Of a stretch of DNA of 39,272 nt, positions 8,636 to 17,004 are shown piece by piece. A program made the translations under genes and the position numbers. The notes beneath the pieces are model-generated. The model worked only from the letters and a program-made list of their open reading frames with translations. It was not told the origin of the DNA and did not search any database. Source of the stretch: Blastocatellia bacterium (GTDB taxonomy: Bacteria; Acidobacteriota; Blastocatellia; UBA7656); the NCBI GenBank assembly GCA_041497455.1, contig JBGQGO010000001.1, positions 1 through 39,272 of the forward strand. The letters run 5' to 3'. Every line of letters starts with the position of its first letter. Within the stretch, counting starts at the first letter, position 1.

Positions 8636-8671
8636 GGCACTATTGACCAACTCCAGGATCCGAATAGTGCC
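8636..8671 (+). other. Stem-loop downstream of the cargo gene (GGCACTATT, 18-nt loop, AATAGTGCC)
   Basis: Perfect 9-bp inverted repeat at 8636-8644 and 8663-8671, about 26 nt after the stop at 8608-8610. No clear U-tract follows. Confidence 0.35.
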
Positions 8672-8890
8672 GACATTTGAAACTCGAGGAGAATCGTTGC
8701 GATCCCTTATGTGAAGATGCCAAGAGGTACTGTGCTTCAAACAGACTTCCAAACGAACGCGGACTGGCTATGACGCGGTGCAAGAAATCTAGGTTCTTAA
8801 CTTTCTTAACTCGCAAAGAGGCAAATTCGGATTGCCAATTGAATTTGCTAGCGAACAACTAGGCAGAAGAGATGCGCGAGTCGTCTGCTT

Positions 8891-9781
8891 TTGGGTCATT
8901 CACCGGCTCTGTCCGGCAACTGGGAGAGGTTCATGATCCGTGACTTGAGTGAAACTCTAAAGGCATTGCTGGATGATGATATCGCTCTTGTGCGCAGTTT
9001 CCCAGAATTGGCGGCGGCGCAGATTCTCTTTGAGCGCCCGGACGAGAGGTTCTCGCCGGGGGCGCTAACTGCGGTGAACTTGTTTCTCTACGATCTGCGC
9101 GAGGACATGCAGTTACGCAGCAATGAGCCGATTATTACGCGCAATAATGGGCAGTCGTTGATTCAGCGCGCGCCGTTGCGCGTTGCGTGTTCCTATCTCG
9201 TCACTGCGTGGCCGGTCGGCGGGACTGACTTGGCTTTGCAGGAGCATCGGTTGTTGAGCCAGGTGCTGCAAGTGCTCGCGGGATCGCCCAGGATCAGTGA
9301 CATATATCTTCAGGGCAAACTCAAAGACCAGGAGCCACCGCTTCCGATGATCACCGCCCAGACCGATGGCTTGAAGAACCCTCACGAGTTTTGGACAGCG
9401 ATCGGTAACAAGCTACGGCCCTCGATCACGGTCACGGCTACGATCAGCATGCCGGTGTTTGCTGATGTCACCGGACCACTCGTGACGACGCGGTTCACCG
9501 GCTTCGACGCGGGCACGGGAGTGATAGAGGAAACTCTGGTGCAAATCGGCGGGCGAGTGCTTGGCCCTGGAGGCCAAGGCATTGGCGGCGCGTTGGTGGA
9601 CTTAGTGGACATGGGCATTCGGGCTACGACCGATGCCGAGGGACGTTATTCGTTTCTGCGCGTGCCGACCGGCGCCCACACGATTCGCGCGGCCGTCGTA
9701 GGTTTTCAGCCAGTCACTCAGCCTCTGGTTGTGCCCGGACGGCCAGAGGACTACGAAGTTAACTTAACGCCGCTCCCATAG
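8891..9781 (+). CDS. eCIS cap/tail-terminator protein (Pvc16/Afp16-like, DUF4255) fused to a C-terminal carboxypeptidase-regulatory-like domain; likely start ATG 8933
   Basis: MIRDLSETLKALLDD...AVNLFLYDLREDMQLRSNEP is the DUF4255 N-terminal signature. GGGAGAGG at 8922-8929 precedes ATG 8933. The C-terminus GGRVLGPGGQGIGGALVDLVDMGIRATTDAEGRYSFLRVPTGAHTIRAAVVGFQP looks like CarboxypepD_reg. Confidence 0.8.
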   Translation: MGHSPALSGNWERFMIRDLSETLKALLDDDIALVRSFPELAAAQILFERPDERFSPGALTAVNLFLYDLREDMQLRSNEPIITRNNGQSLIQRAPLRVACSYLVTAWPVGGTDLALQEHRLLSQVLQVLAGSPRISDIYLQGKLKDQEPPLPMITAQTDGLKNPHEFWTAIGNKLRPSITVTATISMPVFADVTGPLVTTRFTGFDAGTGVIEETLVQIGGRVLGPGGQGIGGALVDLVDMGIRATTDAEGRYSFLRVPTGAHTIRAAVVGFQPVTQPLVVPGRPEDYEVNLTPLP

Positions 9782-9783
9782 GA

Positions 9784-11781
9784 GTGGCCAAGGAGGAAAA
9801 CAGTATGGCATTCGTGGCTACCAACAAAGCGCCGGGAGTCTACATTGACGAGATAGACGTACCCGGCCCGATTCCAGGAGTAGGGACCAGCACGGCCGCC
9901 TTAATCGGCCCCGCCCGCCGAGGTCCCATTAACAAGCCGACGTTCTTGACCAACTGGACTCAGTTTGTAGAAGCTTTCGGGGTTCAAGATCCTTTTGGTC
10001 CTTATATCATCTCACCGCCAGTCTACGCGGCTCACGCCGTACGCGGGTTCTTTGATAATGGTGGTGCAACCTGTTACTTCGTGCGAGTGGGCAACGCGGA
10101 ACATGCCAAAGCCGTTTTGAAAGATGGCGCCGGAAAGGACTTGCTCGTCGTCACGGCGAAAGAAGAGGGAACCGCAGGCGATGCCATCACCGTTGACGTG
10201 CAGCAGGCAAGCACAAAGGCGGTGAGCGCACTCGGAAAATTAACAGCGCCCTCAGCGGCCGATAGCGTGACCGTGACCGTGAACAATGCCGACGCGGCAC
10301 AGTTCAAGCAAGGTGATATCGTTTTGCTCAAAGGCACAACCGAGGAGCTCGCGAAGATTAAAAAACTGGAGACTCCGGGGGCCACTGATACAACGATCAC
10401 GTTCTTCGATCCTCTGAAAAAGCCTTACAAGAAGGACGATGCTATTCGAATTGCTGATCTCACCGGTCAGGACACAATTCGCGTTGCTGATACAACCGGC
10501 TTTGACCCTGGCACAAACATCAACGTCTCGCAGGCGGCCGGTCTGAACACCACGACTGAATCCGCGATAGTGGATTCAGTTGACGAGTCGAACAAGTTCA
10601 TCAAACTAAAGCAGAAGCTCACCAAGAACTTTTCAATGGCAAGCGGCGCCGCTGTTGTAAACGTCAAACAGTTGGGGTTTTCCCTCAAGATTACCAATCC
10701 TAATCCGGGTCCAAACTCAGGCACGGAGAACTTTGGAAATCTTTCGATGGACCCGCGCGACAGTCGGTACTTCGCGAAAGTCGTATCTTCACAAAACGTG
10801 GACGTAGCTCTCTTCGACCCGTCCAGTACGGGTCCCGACAATCTTCCGGCGGTCGTTACCACAAAAAATCTTGCCGACGGAAAGGATGACAACCTGTCAC
10901 AGATTGAAGTAAAGGACTATTCGACTGCGATTGAGACTTTGGAGAGAGTGGACGACGTTAACATTCTCTGCATCCCCGATACCACCGACCAGGCAGTCCA
11001 AAAGAAGATGATCGAGCATTGCGAAAAAATGCAGGACCGCTTCGCCATTCTCGACCCTGAGAATAGCGCCACCCTTGACCGTATCGGCAAGCAGCTCAGA
11101 GGAGACGGGCCCCAAGATCCTGGACTGCCGAGTCTGAAGGGTTACGCGGCGCTGTACTACCCGCGCATCGTGATCTCAAACCCGGTTGCAGCGGGAAGGC
11201 TCAAGGTGCCGCCGTCGGGCCATATCGCCGGCGTGTACGCGCGCACCGACAATAATCGCGGCGTTCATAAAGCACCCGCTAACGAAGCGCTTCGCGGCGC
11301 GCTCGGGCTCGAGCAAACGCTCACGGATGGCGAGCAAGGACCGCTGAATGAAAAGGGCGTCAACGTCTTGCGGGTGTTCCCAGGCCGTGGGGTGACGGTG
11401 TGGGGAGCGCGCACCATTGCTCCTCCAGACGTCACCGCGTGGCGCTACATCAACGTCCGCCGCCTGCTGTTGTTCATCGAAGAGTCGATTCAGGAAGGCA
11501 CTGCCTTCGCGGTGTTCGAGCCCAACAACCTCGAGCTATGGCAAAAGGTGAAGCGCCAGGTGAACGAGTTTCTCACGCGAGTCTGGCGTGACGGAGCTTT
11601 GTTTGGCGCTACCGCGGACAAAGCGTTCCGAGTGCGAATCGATGAAGAGCTGAACCCGCCGGCTGTGCGCGCTCTCGGGCAGCTCGTCATCGAGGTCATC
11701 GTTTTCCCAGTAACGCCCGCCGAGTTCATCGTCTTCCGCGTTATCCAAAAACCGGGCGGCGGAAGTTTTGACGAGTTATAA
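9784..11781 (+). CDS. Contractile tail sheath protein (Afp2-4/Pvc2-4-like); likely start ATG 9805
   Basis: Motifs KAPGVYIDEIDVPGPIPGVGTSTAALIGPARRGP, GHIAGVYARTDNNRGVHKAPAN and VNVLRVFPGRGVTVWGARTI. AAGGAGG at 9790-9796 precedes ATG 9805. Confidence 0.93.
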   Translation: MAKEENSMAFVATNKAPGVYIDEIDVPGPIPGVGTSTAALIGPARRGPINKPTFLTNWTQFVEAFGVQDPFGPYIISPPVYAAHAVRGFFDNGGATCYFVRVGNAEHAKAVLKDGAGKDLLVVTAKEEGTAGDAITVDVQQASTKAVSALGKLTAPSAADSVTVTVNNADAAQFKQGDIVLLKGTTEELAKIKKLETPGATDTTITFFDPLKKPYKKDDAIRIADLTGQDTIRVADTTGFDPGTNINVSQAAGLNTTTESAIVDSVDESNKFIKLKQKLTKNFSMASGAAVVNVKQLGFSLKITNPNPGPNSGTENFGNLSMDPRDSRYFAKVVSSQNVDVALFDPSSTGPDNLPAVVTTKNLADGKDDNLSQIEVKDYSTAIETLERVDDVNILCIPDTTDQAVQKKMIEHCEKMQDRFAILDPENSATLDRIGKQLRGDGPQDPGLPSLKGYAALYYPRIVISNPVAAGRLKVPPSGHIAGVYARTDNNRGVHKAPANEALRGALGLEQTLTDGEQGPLNEKGVNVLRVFPGRGVTVWGARTIAPPDVTAWRYINVRRLLLFIEESIQEGTAFAVFEPNNLELWQKVKRQVNEFLTRVWRDGALFGATADKAFRVRIDEELNPPAVRALGQLVIEVIVFPVTPAEFIVFRVIQKPGGGSFDEL

Positions 11782-11805
11782 GTCAACAAAAGGAGGAGAC
11801 CAGTT

Positions 11806-12240
11806 ATGCCTACAGGAGTGCGTGTCGATCCTTACAGGAGTTTCAAGTTTCTCGTGGAAATTGACGGCCTCGTGCAAGCGGGGTTCAGCGACTGCAGCGG
11901 CTTTGGCTCTAACGTCGAAGTCGTCGAGTACCGCGAAGGCGGGGACGCCTCAACCGTGCGGAAGCTGCCCGGCAAGGTGAGCTATCCGGACATCACGCTC
12001 AAGTGGGGGCTGACCGATTCACGTGAGCTGTATGACTGGCACCGGAAAGCCGTTATCGGTACCATCGAGCGCAAGAACGGCTCGATCATTCAGCTTGACG
12101 ACGTGGGAGCCGAGAAGGTGCGCTGGAACTTCGTCAACGCCTGGCCCAGCAAGTGGGACGGACCCGACTTCAGCGCCAAGGGCAACGACGTGGCCATCGA
12201 GGCTTTGACGATTAGCTGCGAAGGAGTGGAACGGGCATGA
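11806..12240 (+). CDS. Tail tube protein (T4 gp19 / Afp1/5 / TIGR02241-like)
   Basis: DPYRSFKFLVEIDGLVQAGFSDCSGFGSNVEVVEYREGGD...KLPGKVSYPDITLKWGLT. AGGAGA RBS. The stop overlaps the next start (ATGA at 12237-12240). Confidence 0.93.
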   Translation: MPTGVRVDPYRSFKFLVEIDGLVQAGFSDCSGFGSNVEVVEYREGGDASTVRKLPGKVSYPDITLKWGLTDSRELYDWHRKAVIGTIERKNGSIIQLDDVGAEKVRWNFVNAWPSKWDGPDFSAKGNDVAIEALTISCEGVERA

Positions 12241-12608
12241 GTGCTCTTCGCACCGAATTTGAATTCGTTCTCCCAAAGGGTTTCCTTGACCAGGAGGGCA
12301 GTGTTCATCGCGACGGGGTTATGCGGCTGGCGACCGCCGCCGATGAGATCCTCCCTCTCAAGGACCCTCGGGTGCAGTCGAACCCTGCGTATCTGGTTGT
12401 CATCTTGTTGTCGAGAGTGATCAAACAGCTTGGCTCACTCGAGGTCATCAATCCCAAGGTGATCGAAGGGTTGTTTGCTGCTGACCTTGCTTACTTGCAG
12501 GAGTTCTACAATCGCATCAATGCGAACGGCACGCGGGTGATGAAGGTATCGTGCCCGCACTGCCAACAAGCGTTCGAAGTGGAGCCGGAACAACTGGGGG
12601 AATCATAG
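12237..12608 (+). CDS. Conserved small eCIS protein in the position of a P2 gpE / tail-assembly chaperone
   Basis: 123 aa, coupled to the tube gene by an ATGA overlap. EFEFVLPKGFLD...GVMRLATAADEILPLKDPRVQSNPAYLVVILLSRVI matches, from memory, hypothetical proteins that follow tube genes in eCIS loci. It has a C-terminal CPHC pair. The function is inferred from position only. Confidence 0.6.
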   Translation: MSALRTEFEFVLPKGFLDQEGSVHRDGVMRLATAADEILPLKDPRVQSNPAYLVVILLSRVIKQLGSLEVINPKVIEGLFAADLAYLQEFYNRINANGTRVMKVSCPHCQQAFEVEPEQLGES

Positions 12609-12766
12609 GCTATCCCCTCGAGCAGCTTTACGAGGAGATAGCCTACGTCGCCTATCACTTTCATTGGCCGCACGAGAGTCTCCTGTCGCTCGAACATGCC
12701 GAACGCCGGCAGTGGGTGCAGGAGATCGTCAAGATTAACCGTGCGGCTCAGCGGTCCACGCGATGA
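12551..12766 (+). CDS. Small conserved eCIS-associated protein overlapping the previous ORF in the -1 frame; either a separate GTG-initiated ORF or a frameshift extension
   Basis: The conserved-looking part YPLEQLYEEIAYVAYHFHWPHESLLSLEHAERRQWVQEIVKIN begins right at the stop of the upstream ORF (12606-12608). No ATG lies nearby. The only in-frame start is GTG 12551, 19 codons upstream and inside the overlap. Confidence 0.5.
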   Translation: MPALPTSVRSGAGTTGGIIGYPLEQLYEEIAYVAYHFHWPHESLLSLEHAERRQWVQEIVKINRAAQRSTR

Positions 12767-12858
12767 GAGATCGAGAAGCTCTCTGCTTGTCGCAACCAGT
12801 CAGCGACAGTCTTGCTGAACCTGCGTTCTAAGGACCCGGCACAAGCGGGAAGGAAATA

Positions 12859-14247
12859 ATGAGCGACGAAGAAGCAGCCGGAACCAGCTCGCGGAGCGGC
12901 CAGATGCCGGAAGGAGTCCGTAGCCGCCTATCGTGGCGTCCGCCTTCGGTCCGCGCTGCGGAGTCTCTCATGGCGGGAAGAGAGAGTCAGACATCTCCCT
13001 TCTTGAATAGAGCCCGGCGATTGTTCTCGCTGCACAGTCAGTTGGCGCGGCGCGTGCGAGCGTGGCCGGGATGGCCGCCGTTCTCGTTCGAGTTTCCGGC
13101 GGCGGATGGTCCAACGCTGGCTCACCCGGCCGAGTCGCGTGAGCGCCCGGCGGAGCGTCAAAGCTTTTCACCCGGTATTGCCTCCGCAGGGAAAAGCGAA
13201 GGACGACGCGGCGTGGTGGCTCGCTCTGCTGGCGGCAATGCGGCCGCTCATGCAAAGAGTTCGCGGCTTGTGATTCAGCGCTTCGCGGATCAGTCGGCGC
13301 CTTCAACGGCTCGGCCACAGCCGCGCGTCCAGTCTTTCGTGACTCGCCCTCGGATAGCACTCGCGACGCTCACGCCGATACCAACGACGATGCCGGGAAG
13401 GCTTGTAAGCCAATCCGGCAGTCTGGCACGCGAACAGACTGAGGAGGGTCTTCCGAGGAGTGGCTGGCATCCCGTCTTTTCAGCCGAAAGCGAGACCTGG
13501 GCAACTGGCAACGGTCCTCGATCTGTCGCTTTGCCGGCGGCATCTCGTGGACAGTTTCCGTGGAATCAGAATGCGCCGAGGTCTAGTTCGCGCGAAGGTC
13601 TCTACCAGGCCTTTGCAAGGCATCGCGGTCTTAAGCCAAGCGTGACGGCGGCTCCGCGTCGCGAAGTGCACGGTGGTTTTCCCGTTATTCGTTCTCCACT
13701 GGCGGCGCAACCTGAAGCGGGGAGACTGGGAGGTGAATCGGCAACGTCATTCTTGCCACAGCGCCAAGAATCTTATGCGGCGATCAGTCGGCGATACGCG
13801 GCTCCGTTGCCGGCAACATCATTCTTGGTACGGCGCCCGGAAGCTTATACAGAGGAGCCGGCTGCTTTGGCGGAATGGGCAGAGACTCTTGAAGCTCATT
13901 CGCCCTCTGCATCACAGCAGGCGTTAGAATTGGCGGGTACCACACTCGAAGCTGAGGGGGCAATCGAGAGTCTCATAAGGCGCACGGTGATGCCTACGCC
14001 GCTTCCGGGGCTTGAATTTCGGTTACTAACCGGTGAAAAGCAATCAGGAGCAATCAGGCATCAAATAGAGGCTGCCGAGGACCGGGAGTCTGCGACTGGG
14101 ACACCAATGACTTCAGGTTCCACGCAGGCGCCGGCGCCGTTCCAGCAGCCATCCCCCCAACTGGACATCAACGCCGTAACCGACAAAGTCTACCGGGAGA
14201 TCATGCGCCGCCAGCGACTGGAGCGCGAGAGGAAGGGGTTGTACTGA
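12859..14247 (+). CDS. Tape-measure / tail-length-determining protein candidate (Afp14-like position)
   Basis: 462 aa. RBS GGGAAGGA. It sits between the chaperone-like ORFs and the tube-initiator gene. Most of it is R/S/A/P-rich low complexity. The C-terminal LDINAVTDKVYREIMRRQRLERERKGLY resembles, from memory, the C-termini of eCIS tape-measure-like proteins. The stop overlaps the next start (TGATG). Confidence 0.55.
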   Translation: MSDEEAAGTSSRSGQMPEGVRSRLSWRPPSVRAAESLMAGRESQTSPFLNRARRLFSLHSQLARRVRAWPGWPPFSFEFPAADGPTLAHPAESRERPAERQSFSPGIASAGKSEGRRGVVARSAGGNAAAHAKSSRLVIQRFADQSAPSTARPQPRVQSFVTRPRIALATLTPIPTTMPGRLVSQSGSLAREQTEEGLPRSGWHPVFSAESETWATGNGPRSVALPAASRGQFPWNQNAPRSSSREGLYQAFARHRGLKPSVTAAPRREVHGGFPVIRSPLAAQPEAGRLGGESATSFLPQRQESYAAISRRYAAPLPATSFLVRRPEAYTEEPAALAEWAETLEAHSPSASQQALELAGTTLEAEGAIESLIRRTVMPTPLPGLEFRLLTGEKQSGAIRHQIEAAEDRESATGTPMTSGSTQAPAPFQQPSPQLDINAVTDKVYREIMRRQRLERERKGLY

Positions 14248-14870
14248 TGCCATTGACCAAAGCGTTGATCATAACGACTACGCCTCGCGGACAAGTAATA
14301 CCTGTTATGTTCAATCCGCCGCAGTATGAGATTACCAAGACCAACGAGTTCGCGGAAATCGCCATTCCCGGGCTCGGCTCGTCGCTGCTCCAGTTTGTTA
14401 AGGGCAACATTCAGACGCTCAAACTGGACCTGTTCTTCGACACAACCGACACTCGCCGCGACGTGCGGTTCTTCACGTCGAAGGTAGTGGGCCTGACCGC
14501 GCTGAGCGCGGTGACTCATGCGCCGCCCGTGATGTTGTTCATCTGGGGGTCTCTCGTTTTTCCATGTGTGCTCGATAGTGTCACCGAACGGTTTGACTAT
14601 TTCGGCGCGAACGGCGCGCCGCTCAGGGCGACCCTCAGTGTATCGTTGAAGGGCTACGACGTAATCGAGAGCCTCCTGTCACTGGTGCCGTTCGAGTCGG
14701 CGGACAGGACCAAGCGGCGCGTGTTCAAGGCCGGGGACTCGCTGCAAAGGATCGCTGCCGAGGAATACGACGACCCCAGGAAATGGCGCCCTATAGCCCA
14801 GGCGAGCAACATCGATAATCCGCTGACCATTCCCAACGGGCGGGGCCTAACGGTCCCTACGTTGAAATAG
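14247..14870 (+). CDS. CIS tube-initiator protein with a C-terminal LysM domain (Afp7-like)
   Basis: VMFNPPQYEITKTNEFAEIAIPGLGSSLLQFVKGNIQTLKLDLFFDT plus the LysM sequence FKAGDSLQRIAAEEYDDPRKWRPIAQASNIDNPLTIPNGRGLTVP. Confidence 0.85.
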   Translation: MPLTKALIITTTPRGQVIPVMFNPPQYEITKTNEFAEIAIPGLGSSLLQFVKGNIQTLKLDLFFDTTDTRRDVRFFTSKVVGLTALSAVTHAPPVMLFIWGSLVFPCVLDSVTERFDYFGANGAPLRATLSVSLKGYDVIESLLSLVPFESADRTKRRVFKAGDSLQRIAAEEYDDPRKWRPIAQASNIDNPLTIPNGRGLTVPTLK

Positions 14871-14878
14871 AGTGAACC

Positions 14879-16600
14879 ATGGCGTTGCAAGGCTTTCCCA
14901 AAAACACGTTTGTCCCGGCATTCGAGGTGAGCATCGGACAAAGCCTGTTGGCAGCGGCTGTCGCCAAGCTGATAACTCAAGTGACGGTGACCGAAACCGC
15001 CGACCCACCCAACAGCTTCAGCTTCTCACTGTACGACCCCACATTCGGTCTCTTCGAGCTGGCGGGCGGCTTGTTGACCGAAGGCAAGGAAGTACAGATC
15101 AGGATGGGTTACCTCGGTAACCTTACAACGATGATCGCCGGTGAGATCGCGGCGGTGAGCGTCGATTTTCCCGAGAGCGGGCCAACAACTTTCCACGTAG
15201 AAGGATTCGATCTGCTGCACAAGCTAACGCGGGGTACGGCATTTCGACGCTTCGACGATGACCGAACCCCAGACAGTGGGCTTTCCGACAGCGAGATAGT
15301 CTCGAGCATCGTTCCCAGCGGGTTGACTGCTTCAGTCGACCCAACGCCCACCCCCTCTCGGCCGCGAGAACAAAACAACGTGTCCGATCTCACATTCCTG
15401 ACCGATCTGGCGCGGACGAACGGCTACTCGATGTGGGTTGAGGCAGGAAAGCTGTTCTTCAAGAAGTCGCGGCCCGCTCCGAATGAAATAAAGCTCGAGC
15501 GGGGCAAGACGCTGCTCAGCTTCTCCCCGCGGCTGAGCACGGCGGGTCTGGTCAAGAAAATAGAGGTGCGCGGATGGGACCCGATCAAAAAGCAGAGTTT
15601 CTCGGGACACGCTCCGCAGGGCCTCGTGATTGAGCGGGACCTGTCGGCCAGCGGCAGCCAGCAGATTGGAAAAGGGTCCGGCGGCGATTCGATACGGGTC
15701 ATCGAGGACTCGATGGTAACGAGCGCTAAGGAGGCTGAAACGCTCGCCGAAGCGATGTTTTCAAGCCAGCTTCAGTCATTGGTGACGGGCAGTGGCTCCT
15801 CGATCGGGCACCCCGATATCCACGTTGGAACGATCCTCGACCTTAGCGGACTGGGCCGTTTCAATGGCAAGTATCGTGTTACACAGGCAACGCACTCGAT
15901 GGGAGAAAGCGGTTATCGAACATCATTTGAGGTCAACAGCTCGGGGAGCGGCGCGGGCCTCGTCCTGTCGCACGCAGACGATTCCGCCAGTTCGAGCTTG
16001 CGAGGCGGCACGGGGGTCAGGTCCGGCCTGGTCGTTGACAACAAGGACCCGGAGGGCTTCGGCCGGGTCAAAGTGAAGTTTCCAGGCGCTTCTGAGTCGG
16101 ACACGGGCCGTTGGTCGAGAGTAGCGACGCTCATGGCTGGAAAAGAACGTGGCGCTTTCTTTCTGCCTGAAGTCGGGGACGAGGTCCTGGTCGCGTTTGA
16201 ATATGGCGATGTCAACCGCACTTACGTGCTCGGCGCGCTGTGGAATGCCGAGGACCAACCGCCCGATAAGAACGCCGACGGCAAGAACAATCTGCGATTC
16301 ATCAAGTCCCGGAGCGGTCACGTGGTACGGCTCGACGACACCGACGGTAAAGAGAAGATCGAGATCATCGACAAGAGCGGTAAGAACAGCCTGACCTTTG
16401 ACACGGCCAACAACTCCGTCACCATCAAGTCGGCCAAAGATGTCAGCATCGAGGCTGCCGACGGGACGATTAAGCTCGCCGCCAAGACCATTCAACTTAC
16501 TGCCTCGGGCAAGATCGAAATCAAGGGACAGGGCGGAGCAACTCTAGACGGCTCGCCGAAGGACACGATCGTCAAAGGGAAAACGGTAAACATCAACTAG
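14879..16600 (+). CDS. Spike / baseplate hub protein (phage gpD + gp5 OB-fold, VgrG/Afp8-like)
   Basis: N-terminal gpD-like region. GLVVDNKDPEGFGRVKVKFPG...GAFFLPEVGDEVLVAFEYGDVNRTYVLGALWN is the gp5/VgrG OB-fold. The C-terminus has a beta-helix-like repeat (IEIIDKSGKNSLTFDTANNSVTIKSAKDVSIEAADGTIKLAAKTIQLTASGKIEIKG). Confidence 0.9.
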   Translation: MALQGFPKNTFVPAFEVSIGQSLLAAAVAKLITQVTVTETADPPNSFSFSLYDPTFGLFELAGGLLTEGKEVQIRMGYLGNLTTMIAGEIAAVSVDFPESGPTTFHVEGFDLLHKLTRGTAFRRFDDDRTPDSGLSDSEIVSSIVPSGLTASVDPTPTPSRPREQNNVSDLTFLTDLARTNGYSMWVEAGKLFFKKSRPAPNEIKLERGKTLLSFSPRLSTAGLVKKIEVRGWDPIKKQSFSGHAPQGLVIERDLSASGSQQIGKGSGGDSIRVIEDSMVTSAKEAETLAEAMFSSQLQSLVTGSGSSIGHPDIHVGTILDLSGLGRFNGKYRVTQATHSMGESGYRTSFEVNSSGSGAGLVLSHADDSASSSLRGGTGVRSGLVVDNKDPEGFGRVKVKFPGASESDTGRWSRVATLMAGKERGAFFLPEVGDEVLVAFEYGDVNRTYVLGALWNAEDQPPDKNADGKNNLRFIKSRSGHVVRLDDTDGKEKIEIIDKSGKNSLTFDTANNSVTIKSAKDVSIEAADGTIKLAAKTIQLTASGKIEIKGQGGATLDGSPKDTIVKGKTVNIN

Positions 16601-16612
16601 GAGATTGCTTTC

Positions 16613-16996
16613 ATGGGACTGCCGGCCGCCAAACAGGGGGATCAGGTAACCGCTACGGACATGCACATCATCGTGCCGCCAAGCGGCCCACCGGCGCCCG
16701 TGCCCCATCCGTTCACGGGCGTCCTGGACACCGCGCTCAGCACCAACGTGAAGGTGATGGGCATGCCCGCCGCGACCGTGAACAGCAAAGCGGCCAACAA
16801 GCCGCCGCATCTGCCGATCGGCGGGACATTCCAGAAGCCGCCCCACAATACGTCGACCATAGTGAAAGGCAGTGCGACTGTTTTCATCAGCGGCCAGGCG
16901 GCGGCTCGCAACGGAGATACGGCATCGACCTGCAACGATCCCGCTGACCTGACGGTGGGGACGGTGGTCGCGGCGGGGACCGTGCTGATCGGGTAG
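16613..16996 (+). CDS. PAAR-like spike-tip protein (Afp10-like)
   Basis: 127 aa with an AGGAGA RBS. AAKQGDQVTATDMHI...GSATVFISGQAAARNGDTASTCND is a PAAR-type motif in AAAR form. It directly follows the spike gene. Confidence 0.8.
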   Translation: MGLPAAKQGDQVTATDMHIIVPPSGPPAPVPHPFTGVLDTALSTNVKVMGMPAATVNSKAANKPPHLPIGGTFQKPPHNTSTIVKGSATVFISGQAAARNGDTASTCNDPADLTVGTVVAAGTVLIG

Positions 16997-17004
16997 GAAC
17001 TCTA

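Noticed and set aside
8640..8862. 72-aa (-) and 61-aa (+) ORFs in the cargo-cap spacer
   Set aside because: They overlap each other in a non-coding-looking AT-richer spacer. The plus-strand ORF starts at TTG with no RBS seen, and I did not verify the start of the minus-strand ORF. Neither shows motifs, and the region is better explained by hairpins and regulatory sequence.
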